Below, one piece after another: positions 48,736-59,457 of a stretch of 64,000 nt of DNA (position 1 is its first letter; each line of letters begins with the position of its first letter). Source of the stretch: Mycobacteriales bacterium. GTDB lineage: Bacteria > Actinomycetota > Actinomycetes > JAFAQI01 > DASSKL01. Location: NCBI GenBank assembly GCA_035690485.1, contig DASSKL010000080.1:67797-131796 (forward strand). Reading direction: 5' to 3'. The notes beneath the pieces are model-generated. The model searched no databases and was not told the origin of the DNA. It saw only the letters and a list, made by a program, of their open reading frames with translations. The position numbers were made by a program, and so were the translations under genes.

Positions 48736-49602
48736 TCATGACGACGCGGTGAAGAACTCCAGTGCCGCCTGCTCGAACGCCTCCTTGCGCTCGATCTGCA
48801 CCCAGTGGCCGCAACGGCTGTAGATGCGCAGGTCCGCCCGCGACATCCGCCGGGCCGGGAACAACGCGCCCTCCACCGGTGCGACCCGGTCGTCGCGCCC
48901 CCAGCACAGCAGCACCGGCTGGCGAATCCTGTGCACCTCGCCCCAGAGCGGCACCGGCTCGGCCATCGCCGGGTCGTAGAAGGTCGCATAGGCGTCCTGC
49001 AGGTTCTTGATGGCGCCGGGGGCGGTCGCGGCGGCGAACCGCGACTCGATCAGCGCGTCGTCGACCAGCCGGGAGTCGAAGACCATCGTGCGCAGCCAGG
49101 CGACGATGCGCTCGCGACTCGGCTCTGCGTTGAACTCCATCAGCCGGGTGATGCCCTCGGACGGGCTCGGTCCGAGGATCGTCGCGCCGGTGCCGCCGGG
49201 ACCCATCAGCAGCAGCCGCTGCACCCGTTTGGGGTTGTCGAGCGTGTAGCGGACCGCGACGTCGCCGCCCATCGAGTTACCCAGCAGCGACACGGTTTCC
49301 AGGCCCAGCGCGTCGAGCAGGCCGCCGACGGCGTCTGCGGCGATCCGCAGGTAGTTGCGGTCGTAGTGCTCCGGCCGCTGGCTACCGCCGAAGCCGGGCT
49401 GGTCGAGCACGATGCAGCGCAGTTGCTGCGACAGCACCGGCAGGTTGTTGCCGAAGTTGGCCCAGCCGCTGACGCCGGGACCCGACCCGTGCAGCAGCAG
49501 CACCGCCGGCCCGCTGCCGACGTCGTGGTAGGCGAGCTCCAACCCGTCGACGGTCACCGTGCGCCGAGTGTCCTGCGCAGAGAGCGCGTCGGTGGCCGTC
49601 AC
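48736..49602 (-). CDS. hsaD: 4,5:9,10-diseco-3-hydroxy-5,9,17-trioxoandrosta-1(10),2-diene-4-oate hydrolase (MCP hydrolase)
   Basis: GTG after GGAG. Carries the GNSMGG nucleophile elbow, and the sequence is close to mycobacterial HsaD throughout (…CGHWVQ…). Confidence 0.9.
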   Translation of the reverse strand: MTATDALSAQDTRRTVTVDGLELAYHDVGSGPAVLLLHGSGPGVSGWANFGNNLPVLSQQLRCIVLDQPGFGGSQRPEHYDRNYLRIAADAVGGLLDALGLETVSLLGNSMGGDVAVRYTLDNPKRVQRLLLMGPGGTGATILGPSPSEGITRLMEFNAEPSRERIVAWLRTMVFDSRLVDDALIESRFAAATAPGAIKNLQDAYATFYDPAMAEPVPLWGEVHRIRQPVLLCWGRDDRVAPVEGALFPARRMSRADLRIYSRCGHWVQIERKEAFEQAALEFFTASS

Positions 49603-50636
49603 TACTTCTCCGCCGCGAGCTCGAGCGCGATGTCGATGAGCTGGTCCTCCTGGCCGCCGACGAGCTTGCGCTGCCCGGCCCGCACCAGGATCTCCGCACC
49701 CGAGACGTCGTAGCGCTGCGCCTGCCGGTAGGCGTGCTTGAGGAAGCTGGAGTAGACCCCGGCGTAGCCCATCAAGATGGCCAGCCGGTCGAGCAGGCAC
49801 TCGTCGTCCATCACCGGACGCACCACGTCCTCGGCGGCGTCGATGATGCCGAAGACGTCGACGCCGGTGCGGATGCCGAGCTTCTCGGCGGCGGCGACGA
49901 ACGCCTCGACCGGCGTGTTGCCGGCCCCCGCGCCGAACCGCCGGGTCGACCCGTCGATCTGCACCGCCCCCGCACGTGCGGCGAGGATCGAGTTGGCGAC
50001 GCCGAGCGCGAGGTTCTCGTGCCCGTGGAAACCGACCTGCGCGTCGTCACCGAGCTCGGCGACCAGCGCCTGCACGCGTTCGGTCACCTGGTCCATCACC
50101 AGCGCGCCGGCGGAGTCGACGACGTAGACGCACTGGCAGCCCGCGTCGGCCATGATCCGCGCCTGCTGCGCGAGTGCCTCCGGCGGCGAGCTGTGCGCCA
50201 TCATCAGGAACCCGACGGTCTCCAGGCCGAGCTCGCGGGCCAGCCCGAAGTGCTGCCGCGACACGTCGGCCTCGGTGCAGTGGGTGGCGACCCGGCACAC
50301 CGCGGCACCAGAGTCGCGGGCCGCGCGGATGTCGTCCTTGGTGCCCAACCCCGGCAGCATCAGGAAGGCGATCTTCGCACGCTTCGCGGTCTTGACCGCG
50401 GCCGAGATCAGCTCCTGCTCCGGGGTCTTGGAGAACCCGTAGTTGAACGACGAGCCGCCGAGCCCGTCGCCGTGCGTGACCTCGATGACGGGTACGCCGG
50501 CGTCGTCGAGCGCACCGACGACCGCGATGACCTGGTCGGTCGTGAACTGGTGCCGCTTGGCGTGCGAGCCGTCGCGCAGCGACGAGTCGGTGATGCGCAC
50601 GTCGAGCGTGTCGCTGAACGTTCTCGGCAGGGTCAC
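49602..50636 (-). CDS. hsaF: 4-hydroxy-2-oxovalerate aldolase
   Basis: GTG after GGAG. The sequence …[21 protein letters not shown]… is near-identical to HsaF/BphI. Confidence 0.9.
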   Translation of the reverse strand: MTLPRTFSDTLDVRITDSSLRDGSHAKRHQFTTDQVIAVVGALDDAGVPVIEVTHGDGLGGSSFNYGFSKTPEQELISAAVKTAKRAKIAFLMLPGLGTKDDIRAARDSGAAVCRVATHCTEADVSRQHFGLARELGLETVGFLMMAHSSPPEALAQQARIMADAGCQCVYVVDSAGALVMDQVTERVQALVAELGDDAQVGFHGHENLALGVANSILAARAGAVQIDGSTRRFGAGAGNTPVEAFVAAAEKLGIRTGVDVFGIIDAAEDVVRPVMDDECLLDRLAILMGYAGVYSSFLKHAYRQAQRYDVSGAEILVRAGQRKLVGGQEDQLIDIALELAAEK

Positions 50637-50647
50637 GGCAGCGCTCC

Positions 50648-51556
50648 TCAGGCCGTCGGGGTCAGGTCGCGCTGGCGTGCCAGCACCTCGCCGACCCGGA
50701 CGGCGGCGGCGGTCATGATGTCGAGGTTTCCGGCGTACGGCGGGAAGAAGTCGCCCGCCCCCTCGACCTCGAGGAACACCGCCACCCGCGCCAGCCCGCC
50801 CGACTCCACGGTCGGGTCGTCGAACTGCGCGTCGCTGCGGGCGCGGTAGCCGGGCACGTACTCCGCGACCTCGGCCACCCGCTGCGCGACCGCGGCCGCG
50901 ATCGCGTCGCGGTCGGCGTCGGCCGGGATCGCGCAGAAGACCGTGTTGCGCATCAGCACCGGCGGGTCGGCCGGGTTGAGGATGATGATCGCCTTCCCCT
51001 TCTGGGCGCCGCCGACCTGCTCGATGCCGCGGCTGGTCGTGCGGGTGAACTCGTCGATGTTGTCGCGGGTGCCCGGTCCGGCCGACTTCGACGCGACGGC
51101 AGCGACGATCTCGGCGTAGGCGACCGGCGCCACCGAGCTGATCGCGTGGACGATCGGGATCGTCGCCTGCCCGCCACAGGTGATGAGGTTGAGGTTGGGC
51201 GCCTCGTAGTGGTCCTGCAGGTTGGCCGGCGGTACGACGTAGGGACCGATGGCGGCGGGCGTCAGGTCGATCGCCCGGATCCCGGCCTCCTCGTAGCGTG
51301 GTGCGTTGGCGCGGTGCACGTAGGCCGACGTCGCCTCGAAGACCATGTCGGGCAGCTCGTCCTGCGCGAGCAGCCAGTCGACGCCCTCGGCGCTCGCCGC
51401 GAGCCCCGCCTGCCTCGCCCGCGCCAGTCCCTCGCTCGCCGGGTCGACGCCAACCATCCAGCGCGGCTCGATCGTCTCGCTGCGCTGCAGCTTGGCGAGC
51501 AGGTCGGTGCCGATGTTGCCCGACCCGATGATCGCCGCGGTTGCCTTGCCCATCAC
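50648..51556 (-). CDS. hsaG: Acetaldehyde dehydrogenase (acetylating)
   Basis: The [11 protein letters not shown]-terminus and the CGGQATIPI active-site Cys region match HsaG/BphJ. Confidence 0.92.
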   Translation of the reverse strand: MMGKATAAIIGSGNIGTDLLAKLQRSETIEPRWMVGVDPASEGLARARQAGLAASAEGVDWLLAQDELPDMVFEATSAYVHRANAPRYEEAGIRAIDLTPAAIGPYVVPPANLQDHYEAPNLNLITCGGQATIPIVHAISSVAPVAYAEIVAAVASKSAGPGTRDNIDEFTRTTSRGIEQVGGAQKGKAIIILNPADPPVLMRNTVFCAIPADADRDAIAAAVAQRVAEVAEYVPGYRARSDAQFDDPTVESGGLARVAVFLEVEGAGDFFPPYAGNLDIMTAAAVRVGEVLARQRDLTPTA

Positions 51557-51568
51557 CCCATCGCCCTT

Positions 51569-52357
51569 CTACACAAAGGAAACCGACACCGACCCCAGGC
51601 CGGTGAACTCCGCGCGGACCTGGTCGCCGCCGGTCACGTCGTAGGCCCGGGTGCACGAACCCGGCAGGATCACGTGCCCGGCGCGCAGCCGCACCCCGAA
51701 CGACGCGACCTTCTGCGCCAGCCAGGCGACCGCGGTGAGCGGGTTGCCGAGCACCGCGTCGGAGCGCCCGGCCGCGACCTGCTCGCCGTTGCGGTAGAGC
51801 ACCGCGTCGATCGCGGTGATGTCGAGCTCGTCGGGCTTGCGCCGCTCGGCCCCGAGCACGAGCCCGGCCGATGACGCGTTGTCGGCGATCGTGTCGGGCA
51901 GCCGGATCTTCCACTCGGCGATGCGGCTGTCGATGAGCTCGATGGCGGGGACGATGTAGTCGGTGGCACGCACCACGTCGTCGACGGTGCAGCCCTCCCC
52001 CGGCAGGTCGTCACCGAGCACGAAACCGACCTCGACCTCGACCCGCGGCACGAGGTAGCGCGACGCGTGCACCGGCACGTCCTCGTGGCAGACCATGTCG
52101 TCGAGCAGGTGGCCGTAGTCGGGCTCGTCGACGCCCATCATCTGCTGCATCGCCTTCGACGACAGCCCGACCTTGTGTCCGTGGATCCGCGCGCCCGCGT
52201 CCAGCCGCCGCTGGATGTTGCGCAGCTGGATCTCGTAGGCGTCGACCACGTCGATGCCCGGGAACGTCTCGGTCAGCGGCGGGATCGGCCGGGCGGTCTC
52301 CTCGGCAACCCGCAGCAGCTCGGCCGCCTCGTCGCGCTGGGCTTCCGAGAGGCTCAT
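51569..52357 (-). CDS. hsaE: 2-hydroxypenta-2,4-dienoate hydratase
   Basis: 262 aa of the MhpD/HsaE family. The ATGA overlap with hsaB is consistent with an operon. Confidence 0.88.
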   Translation of the reverse strand: MSLSEAQRDEAAELLRVAEETARPIPPLTETFPGIDVVDAYEIQLRNIQRRLDAGARIHGHKVGLSSKAMQQMMGVDEPDYGHLLDDMVCHEDVPVHASRYLVPRVEVEVGFVLGDDLPGEGCTVDDVVRATDYIVPAIELIDSRIAEWKIRLPDTIADNASSAGLVLGAERRKPDELDITAIDAVLYRNGEQVAAGRSDAVLGNPLTAVAWLAQKVASFGVRLRAGHVILPGSCTRAYDVTGGDQVRAEFTGLGSVSVSFV

Positions 52358-52866
52358 GACTCCAGACCGTACTGGCCGCGGAAGAACAGCAGCGGACCGC
52401 TGACGCGGTGCGTGACGAGCTCGCGGACGTGCCCGATGACGACGTCGTGGTCGCCCGCCGGTCGGGTCTCGGTGATGTCGCACATGACGGTCGCCAGCAC
52501 CCCGTCGATCGACGGCCCCCAGGGCGTCGGGTGCCAGCGGAGGTCGGCGAACTTGTCGCCGCCGGAGCGACCGAAGCAGGCCGACACGTGCTGCTGGTCG
52601 TCGGCGAGCACGTTGACACAGAACCGGCCGGTCCGCCTGATCCGCGGCCACGACGTCGACGTGTGCGCGACGCAGATCAGCACCAGCGGCGGCTCGAGCG
52701 ACACCGACGTGAACGACTGGCAGGCCAGCCCCACCGGCTCGTCGCCGGGCAGCCCGGTGACGATCGTGACCCCGGTGCAGAAGTGGCCGAGCACCCGCCG
52801 CATCTCGGCCGGCGTCGCGCAGTGCGTCCCGGGCGCGATCGCACCGCGATCGACCGTCGCGGTCAC
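52354..52866 (-). CDS. hsaB: 3-HSA hydroxylase flavin reductase component
   Basis: Flavin-reductase-like domain reading …GHFCTGVTIVT… (170 aa). Confidence 0.88.
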   Translation of the reverse strand: MTATVDRGAIAPGTHCATPAEMRRVLGHFCTGVTIVTGLPGDEPVGLACQSFTSVSLEPPLVLICVAHTSTSWPRIRRTGRFCVNVLADDQQHVSACFGRSGGDKFADLRWHPTPWGPSIDGVLATVMCDITETRPAGDHDVVIGHVRELVTHRVSGPLLFFRGQYGLES

Positions 52867-53756
52867 GACCGCGCTCCCCAGCGGTGCCCCCAGTAGCTGT
52901 CACGGGTGATGTCCTCGGCCGTGTAGGTCGCCTCGTCGATGCGCCGGCCGAAGCAGCCGAACTCGATGTCGCACCCCGTCGGCGTGCCGACGTAGAACGA
53001 CACCATGTAGTCGTTGGTGTGCCGGCCGAGCGTCGAGGACAGCGGGAACTTCCGCTTGTGCACCCGGTCGAGTGCACGACCGACGTCGTCGAGCTCGGTG
53101 ACCTCGAGCATGAAGTGGACGATGCCGTTGGGCTGCCACCACGGCCCGAGCGCCAGCGTGTGGTGGCGCGGGTTGGTCGACAGGAAGCGCACGAAGTAGC
53201 GCCCGTCGGGGTCGCCACCCGGCACCAGCTGACTCGCGATCCGCATCGCGCCGCGGCTGCGGAAACCGAGCACCTGCGTGTAGAAGTCGTAGGACGCCTG
53301 CGGGTCCTTGGTGGGCAGCACGACATGGCCCATGCCCTGGTCGCCGGTCACGAACTGGCCGCCGTGCGGCAGCACCAGCGGTGCGTGCACCAACGCGGCG
53401 CCATGGAAGATCTCCAGCGCGGTGCCGGCCGGGTCCGCCGTCGTCACGAACTCCTGCACGCGACGGGCGTCGGCGTCCTCGCCGCTGCCCCACTTCACCG
53501 GAGCGCCGGCGTCCTCGAGTCGGCGTACGACGTCGCGCAGGGTCTCCGCGTCGCGCACCTCCCAGCCGACCGTGACCAGCCGCTCGGTCCGGCCCGGCAG
53601 CAGCACGAGCCGGGCGGCCCGCTCGTCCAGGCGCAGGTAGAGCGCGTCGGGGTCGGGACCCTCGCCGGGCGCCATCCCGAGCACGTCGACGGCGAGCTCG
53701 CGCCAGCGGTCGAGCTCCGCGGTCTCGAGGACGAGGTAGCCGAGGGAGTGGATCAT
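52863..53756 (-). CDS. hsaC: 3,4-DHSA extradiol dioxygenase
   Basis: The sequence is strongly similar to HsaC (LGY…ALYLR.D…RLV…GWE… FVTG.QGMGHVVL… NPRHH.LA… IVH.M.EV). Confidence 0.9.
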   Translation of the reverse strand: MIHSLGYLVLETAELDRWRELAVDVLGMAPGEGPDPDALYLRLDERAARLVLLPGRTERLVTVGWEVRDAETLRDVVRRLEDAGAPVKWGSGEDADARRVQEFVTTADPAGTALEIFHGAALVHAPLVLPHGGQFVTGDQGMGHVVLPTKDPQASYDFYTQVLGFRSRGAMRIASQLVPGGDPDGRYFVRFLSTNPRHHTLALGPWWQPNGIVHFMLEVTELDDVGRALDRVHKRKFPLSSTLGRHTNDYMVSFYVGTPTGCDIEFGCFGRRIDEATYTAEDITRDSYWGHRWGARS

Positions 53757-54922
53757 CAGATCATCGCGTCCTCGATCTCGAGCCCGAAGGCGCCCTTGCC
53801 GTACATCGCCAGCCACCGCTCGGTGTCGTTGGCGGCGTGCACGCTGCCCGCGTGCGCGTCGCGCCAGTGCCGCTCGATCGGGTTGCCGGTCTTGAGCGAG
53901 CGGCCGCCGGAGTTCTTGAACAGCAGGTCGACGGCCTCGATCGACCGCTCGGTGCCGCACACCTGGTCGCGCCGGGCGCGCAACCGCAGCTCCATCGGGA
54001 TCTCCTCGCCGGCGTCGACGAAGCGCATCTCCTCGCGCACGTTGGTGACCAGCTGCAGCCAGGCCGCGTCGATGTCGGAGCCGGCGCGGGCCACGCGCAC
54101 GTGCGCGAACGGGTCCTGCGCGACCTTCTGCCCGCCGTACGAGACCCGTACCCGCTCGCGCATCGACTCGACGTGCGCCTCGTAGGCGCCCTGAGCCATG
54201 CCGATGATGGGCGCGGTGATCGTGTTGCTGAAGATCGTGCCGAACGGCAGCTTGTAGAGCGGCGAGGTGTTGACCTCCTGCCCCGGGCCGCGCAACGCGC
54301 TGACGTCGTTGAAAGACAGCGTGCGGTGCGCCGGCACGAACACGTCGTCGACGACGATGTCGTTGCTGCCGGTGCCGGCCAGCCCCATGACGTGCCAGAC
54401 GTCGTCGATCGCGTAGTCGCGACGTGGCAGCAGCACGGTGTGGAAGTCGACCGGCTTGCCCTCGGGGCCGATGACCAGCGCGCCGAGCAGCACCCACGTG
54501 CAGTGGTCACAGCCGGAGGAGAAGCTCCAGCGCCCGGACAGCCGGTAGCCGCCGTCGGTCGCGGTCAGCTTGCCCATCGGTGCGTACGACGACGAGACGA
54601 GCGTGCCGGGGTCGTCGCCCCACACGTCGTCCTGCGCCTGCACCGGGAACAACCCGAGCTGCCAGGGGTGCACGCCGACCACCGAGGAGACCCAGCCGGT
54701 CGAGCCGCACGCGGTGGCGACGGCGCGCACGCAGTCGTAGAAGTCGACCGGGTCGGCCTCGAGCCCGCCATAGCGCTTGGGCTGCAGCATCGTGAAGACG
54801 CCGGCGGCCGCGAGCTCGGCGATCGACTCCGCCGGCACGCGGCGCGCCTGCTCCGCGGCCACCGCGCGGTCGCGGATCGCGGGCAGCAGGTCCTGGACCG
54901 CGGCGTAGACCTTGTTCGTCAT
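53756..54922 (-). CDS. hsaA: 3-HSA hydroxylase oxygenase component (flavin-dependent monooxygenase)
   Basis: ATG after GGAGG. The sequence …CGSTGWVSS.VGVH…SSSYAPMG…WSFSSGCDH… RFWRDAHAG.VHAAND… is HsaA-like throughout. Confidence 0.9.
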   Translation of the reverse strand: MTNKVYAAVQDLLPAIRDRAVAAEQARRVPAESIAELAAAGVFTMLQPKRYGGLEADPVDFYDCVRAVATACGSTGWVSSVVGVHPWQLGLFPVQAQDDVWGDDPGTLVSSSYAPMGKLTATDGGYRLSGRWSFSSGCDHCTWVLLGALVIGPEGKPVDFHTVLLPRRDYAIDDVWHVMGLAGTGSNDIVVDDVFVPAHRTLSFNDVSALRGPGQEVNTSPLYKLPFGTIFSNTITAPIIGMAQGAYEAHVESMRERVRVSYGGQKVAQDPFAHVRVARAGSDIDAAWLQLVTNVREEMRFVDAGEEIPMELRLRARRDQVCGTERSIEAVDLLFKNSGGRSLKTGNPIERHWRDAHAGSVHAANDTERWLAMYGKGAFGLEIEDAMI

Positions 54923-55018
54923 GCGAGCCCTCCGTCGTGCGTCTGCTGCCGGGACCGTAGGCCCGCATCGTGAGCGGCTGGCGCTCCTGTCCCGCTCAGT
55001 GGGACGCTGAGCCGAGAG

Positions 55019-55032
55019 TAGAACGTGTTCCA
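55019..55032. promoter_or_regulatory. KstR operator TAGAACGTGTTCCA in the divergent hsaA / SDR promoter region
   Basis: Matches TnnAACnnGTTnnA. Confidence 0.6.
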
Positions 55033-55086
55033 CATCTGCGCTACGGTCGCCCGCGCCTGCGGTCCGCCAACAGTGAGGAGGCCACC

Positions 55087-55884
55087 GTGGTGCTCGAGCG
55101 GTTCCGCGTCGACGGCAGGGTTGCGGTGGTGACCGGCGCCGGCCGCGGCATCGGCGCGGCGACCGCCGTCGCGCTGGCCGAGGCCGGCGCCGACGTCGTG
55201 CTGGCGGCGCGCACCGAGGAGCAGCTGCTGCAGGTCGCGGCACGGGTCGAGGCGCACGGCCGGCGGGCCGCGGTCGTCGCCGCGGACCTCAGCGACCTCG
55301 ACGCGGTCGCCGCACTGGCCGACACCGCGGCGCAGCACCTGGGCCGGCTCGACATCGTGGTCAACAACGTGGGCGGCGCGATGCCGCGAGAGTTCCTGCG
55401 GACGTCACCGCGGTTCCTCGAGGAGGCGTTCCACTTCAACGTGTCCACCGCGCACGCGCTGACGCGGGCGGCGGTGCCACACCTCCTGGCCGCAGGCGGC
55501 GGGGCGGTCGTCGGCATCTCGTCGGTGATGGGCCGCGTCACCGGCCGGGGCTTCGTCGGCTACGGCACCGCGAAGGCCGCACTGGCCCACTGGACCCGGC
55601 TGGCTGCAGCCGACCTGGCGCCGCTGATCCGGGTCAACGCCATCGCCGTCGGTTCGGTCGCCACGTCCGCGCTCGACATCGTCATGAGCGACGACAGGCT
55701 GCGCGGCACGGCGGAGGCCAACACCCCGCTGCACCGGATCGGCGACCCGGACGAGATCGCCGCGGCGGTGCTGTTCCTGGCCTCGCCCGCCGGGTCGTTC
55801 GTGACCGGCAAGGTCATCGAGGTCGACGGTGGCACCGAGCGGCCGACGCTCGACCTCGGCCTGCCCGACCTCACGCCTCCCTGA
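55087..55884 (+). CDS. SDR family oxidoreductase
   Basis: GTG after [18 protein letters not shown] and YGTAKAA motifs. Confidence 0.85.
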   Translation: MVLERFRVDGRVAVVTGAGRGIGAATAVALAEAGADVVLAARTEEQLLQVAARVEAHGRRAAVVAADLSDLDAVAALADTAAQHLGRLDIVVNNVGGAMPREFLRTSPRFLEEAFHFNVSTAHALTRAAVPHLLAAGGGAVVGISSVMGRVTGRGFVGYGTAKAALAHWTRLAAADLAPLIRVNAIAVGSVATSALDIVMSDDRLRGTAEANTPLHRIGDPDEIAAAVLFLASPAGSFVTGKVIEVDGGTERPTLDLGLPDLTPP

Positions 55885-57082
55885 CGCCCTCGCGGACGCG
55901 CAGCTGCTCGACGAAGCGGGCGACCGCGCGCACCACGTGGGCGGACCGGATCGACGGGAACACGTCGAAGGCGTGCTGCGTGCCGGGCAGCTCGATGTAG
56001 CAGACCGGCTGCTGCGACAGCTCGCGCAGCCGCTGCACGAACAGCCGCGCCTCGACGACCGGCACCAGGGTGTCGTTCTGCCCGTGGATCACCAGGAACG
56101 GCGGGGCGTCGACCGCGCGCTTCACCACCTCGAGCGGCGACGCGTCGGCGTAGGCCTGCTCGTCGGCCGTCTTCATGACCATGCGCTCGAGCAGCGAGCG
56201 TCGCCGCACCCGCGCCATCGACGTGCCGGTCTCGCCGACCAGGTCGTAGACGCCGTAGTAGGGCACGCAACCCGCGACCGACGTGTCCGAGTCCTCGAAG
56301 CCGGGTTGGTAACGGGGGTCGTTGGCCGTGAGCGCGGCCATCGCCACGAGGTGCCCGCCGGCCGAGCCACCGGTGAGCACCAGGAAGCCGGGGTCGGCGC
56401 CGTAGTCCTCCCCGTGCTCGCGCACCCAGGCGATCACGCGCTTGACGTCGACGACGTGGTCGGGCCAGGTGGCCCGCGGGCTGCGCCGGTAGTTGGGCGC
56501 GAAGCAGACCCAGCCGCGGGCGGCGAGGTGCAGCATCAGCGGACGGCCCTGCTCGCGCTTGTCGCCGATGACCCAGCCACCTCCGTGCACCTGGACGAGG
56601 GTGGGACAACCGGTAGGGCGGTCGCGGCGGCGGTAGACGTCGAGCTTGTGCCGCGGTGAGGCGTCGCCGTAGGACACGTCGACGACGCGCTCGACGTCGG
56701 GGTGGCGGAAGGACATCGGCACGAAGAACCGCCGCAGCCAGCTGGTCGGCTCGACCGGCGTCGACGGGTCGCAGACATCGGCGAGGGCGGAGTCGGCGAT
56801 GCCGGCCGCCGCCTCCGCCGCCGCGATCAGCCGCAGCAGTCCGACCACCGTCAGCGCCGACAGCACCAGCGCGATCCAGCCGACGATGCCGGACAACCCG
56901 CCGAAGAGGCAGAAGAGCACGGTGGCGACGACCGTCAGCACCGCGAGCTGTGGGGCGAGCTCCGCGGTGAGCCACGCGGCGAAGAACGCGACGGGCGCAA
57001 GAGTCGGCAGCCGAACGGGGCGTACGACGTTGACGACGTTCAGGAACCCGAACGCCGCCAACGCGAGGAACGCAGCAGCCAC
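55871..57082 (-). CDS. Alpha/beta hydrolase (esterase/lipase) with N-terminal TM anchor
   Basis: HGGGW oxyanion motif, GGSAGG nucleophile and C-terminal …HGQNDTLVP…H…. The N-terminal hydrophobic region shows coding-type GC3 bias. Confidence 0.8.
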   Translation of the reverse strand: MAAAFLALAAFGFLNVVNVVRPVRLPTLAPVAFFAAWLTAELAPQLAVLTVVATVLFCLFGGLSGIVGWIALVLSALTVVGLLRLIAAAEAAAGIADSALADVCDPSTPVEPTSWLRRFFVPMSFRHPDVERVVDVSYGDASPRHKLDVYRRRDRPTGCPTLVQVHGGGWVIGDKREQGRPLMLHLAARGWVCFAPNYRRSPRATWPDHVVDVKRVIAWVREHGEDYGADPGFLVLTGGSAGGHLVAMAALTANDPRYQPGFEDSDTSVAGCVPYYGVYDLVGETGTSMARVRRRSLLERMVMKTADEQAYADASPLEVVKRAVDAPPFLVIHGQNDTLVPVVEARLFVQRLRELSQQPVCYIELPGTQHAFDVFPSIRSAHVVRAVARFVEQLRVREGVREA

Positions 57083-57126
57083 AACGTCCAGTGTGCCGCG
57101 CCGGAATTCGCCGTACCCTTGCGCCC

Positions 57127-58533
57127 GTGCACGCGCTCTCCGGATTGGACGCGTCGTTCCTCTACTTCGAGACCCCGACGATGCACATGCAGGTCGTCGG
57201 GGTCGTCCTCGTGGACCCGGTCCCGGGCTGGGGTCGCGAGCGCGTCCTGGAGTTGCTCCGGGAGCGGCTCGACCTCGTGCCGCCGTTCCGCCGCCGGCTG
57301 CACTCCGCGGCGTTGCGGATGCACCACCCGGTGTGGGTGGAGCTCGACCACGTCGACCTGGACGAGCACGTCAGTGCGGTGACCTGCCCGGCTCCCGGCA
57401 AGCACGAGCAGCTGATGACCCTCGTCGCCGACTTCGCCGCCGTGAAGCTCGATCGCAGCAAGCCGCTGTGGCAGGTGCTCGTCATAGACGGCCTGGCCGA
57501 CGGCCGTGCCGCCGTGGTCTTCAAGGTCCACCACTGCGCCGTCGACGGGGTCGCAGCGGCGCGCATCCTCAGCAACCTCGTGGACCTCGACCCCGCCGGC
57601 CGCAGCCCCGAGCAGCTCGCCGAGGCCCGCGCCCTGACGGAGATCGGCACCGCCGCGGAGCCGACCATGCAGGCGATGGTCGCGCACACGGCCCGAGGCC
57701 TTCTCGGCTGGCCGGTGGGGCTGGCCCGGGTGCTACCCAAGACGGGCCAGTCACTGGTGCGGCTCGTGCGTTCCCATGGCGGTGGAGCCGCTACGTCCGG
57801 GGGTGCCCTGCCGTTCACCGCGCCTCGCGCGCTGTTCAACGGCCGCATCGGCGCAGGCCGGAAGGTCGAGCTCGTCGACGTCGCCCTCGACGACGTCAAG
57901 GCGGTGAAGAAAGCCGCCGGCGGCACGTTCAACGACGCGGTCATGGCGATCTGCGGCACTGCTCTGCGCCGTTACCTCGCGGCGCACGCCGACGTCCCCG
58001 ATGGCAGCCTGATCGCAGTCGTCCCGGTGTCGGTGCGCGGCGGGGAGAGCGACGACTCGGCCAACCGCACGTCGGCGATGTTCACCTCGCTCGCGACCGA
58101 CGTCGCCGACCCGAAGGAACGGCTGGCCGCCGTACGCCGGTCCAACACGGCCGGCAAGGCCGTGCACGCGACGTTCGGCGACGAGCTGCTCGCCCAGGCC
58201 GCGCAGCTGGCCCCGCCGAACCTCACGTCGCTCGCGGCGCGCTTCTACAGCGCGACGGGGCTCGCGGAGCGGCATCCGGTCGTGCACAACGTCGTGATCT
58301 CCAACGTGGCCGGACCGCCGTTCCAGGTCTACCTCGCGGGCGCTCCGGTGCAGGCGATCTTCCCGCTCGGGCCGGTGCTCGAGGGCTCGGGCCTGAACAT
58401 CACGGTCATCAGCTATCGCGACCGCGTCGGCTTCGGCCTGATCGCGTGCGCCGAGCGGCTGCCCGACCTGTCGGCCCTCGCCGCTGAGGTGGCCGGAGCC
58501 GTCGACGAGCTGCTGGAGGCTGTGCACGCCTGA
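57127..58533 (+). CDS. Wax ester synthase / diacylglycerol acyltransferase (WS/DGAT)
   Basis: LSGLDASFLY N-terminus and HHCAVDG catalytic motif. The chosen start is GTG at 57127. The alternative ATG at 57091 lies only 8 nt from the divergent hydrolase start and is judged less likely. Confidence 0.82.
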   Translation: MHALSGLDASFLYFETPTMHMQVVGVVLVDPVPGWGRERVLELLRERLDLVPPFRRRLHSAALRMHHPVWVELDHVDLDEHVSAVTCPAPGKHEQLMTLVADFAAVKLDRSKPLWQVLVIDGLADGRAAVVFKVHHCAVDGVAAARILSNLVDLDPAGRSPEQLAEARALTEIGTAAEPTMQAMVAHTARGLLGWPVGLARVLPKTGQSLVRLVRSHGGGAATSGGALPFTAPRALFNGRIGAGRKVELVDVALDDVKAVKKAAGGTFNDAVMAICGTALRRYLAAHADVPDGSLIAVVPVSVRGGESDDSANRTSAMFTSLATDVADPKERLAAVRRSNTAGKAVHATFGDELLAQAAQLAPPNLTSLAARFYSATGLAERHPVVHNVVISNVAGPPFQVYLAGAPVQAIFPLGPVLEGSGLNITVISYRDRVGFGLIACAERLPDLSALAAEVAGAVDELLEAVHA

Positions 58534-58544
58534 TCGCCCCGTGC

Positions 58545-58558
58545 TAGAACGTGTTCCA
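58545..58558. promoter_or_regulatory. KstR operator TAGAACGTGTTCCA upstream of the LLM-KSI-DUF1214-sulfotransferase-SDR operon
   Basis: Matches the KstR consensus and lies 21 nt before the start at 58579. Confidence 0.6.
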
Positions 58559-58578
58559 CTATCGGCAAGGGGCGGGCG

Positions 58579-59457
58579 ATGCAACGACCGGCGTTCACGA
58601 TGGCAGTCGCGATGGGCGATCCGCGCGACTACACCGCGCTGGCGCGGACCGCCGAGGAGTGCGGTTTCGACCAGGTCGCGGTGCCCGACTCGATCTTCTG
58701 GTCGGAGCAGGTGTCCGACGCCTATCCCTACACGTCCGACGGGTCGCGCATGTGGCGTGCGGACACGCCGTTCGTCGACCCGTTCCAGGCAGTGACCGCG
58801 ATGGCCGCCGCGACCTCGCGCATCCGCTTCTGCACCCACGTGGTGAAGGTCGGCGTGCGCAACGCGGTGCTGCTGGCCAAGCAGGTGCAGTCGACCGCGG
58901 TGCTGACCGGCGGGCGCTTCACGTTCGGCGCGGGGGTCGGCTGGCTGCGCGAGGAGTTCGAGTGGTGCGGCCAGCGCTACGAGCAGCGCGGCGCCCGCGT
59001 CGACGAGGAGCTGGAGGCGCTGCGCGGCCTGCTCACCGGCGACTGGACCGAGTTGCGCGGTGAGCACGTGCAGTTCGGTCGCATCCGCATGTCCCCGCCG
59101 CCGCCGTCGCCGGTGCCGTTCTACATCGGCGGGCACACGCCCGTCGCGTTGCGGCGCACCGTGCGTTTCGGCGACGGCTGGACCAGCGCGATGATCACCG
59201 TCGACGAGCTGAAGCAGGTAGTCGCGTCCCTGCGCGAACAGCTGGCCGCCGCCGGCCGCAGCGACGAAGGGTTCGCCGTGCAGGTCGCGTCGTCCGACCG
59301 CTACGGGCTCGAGGGCTACCGCGAGCTGGTCGAGATCGGTGCGACCGACATCGTGACCGTGCCGTGGGTCTTCTACGGCGTCCCTCTCGACGGCCCACTG
59401 GAGGCGAAGCAGGACGGTCTACGCCGCTTCGCTGCGGAGGTGATCGACCGATGGTGA
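58579..59457 (+). CDS. LLM class F420-dependent oxidoreductase
   Basis: The product has the luciferase-like monooxygenase fold (TIGR03619-like). Confidence 0.85.
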   Translation: MQRPAFTMAVAMGDPRDYTALARTAEECGFDQVAVPDSIFWSEQVSDAYPYTSDGSRMWRADTPFVDPFQAVTAMAAATSRIRFCTHVVKVGVRNAVLLAKQVQSTAVLTGGRFTFGAGVGWLREEFEWCGQRYEQRGARVDEELEALRGLLTGDWTELRGEHVQFGRIRMSPPPPSPVPFYIGGHTPVALRRTVRFGDGWTSAMITVDELKQVVASLREQLAAAGRSDEGFAVQVASSDRYGLEGYRELVEIGATDIVTVPWVFYGVPLDGPLEAKQDGLRRFAAEVIDRW

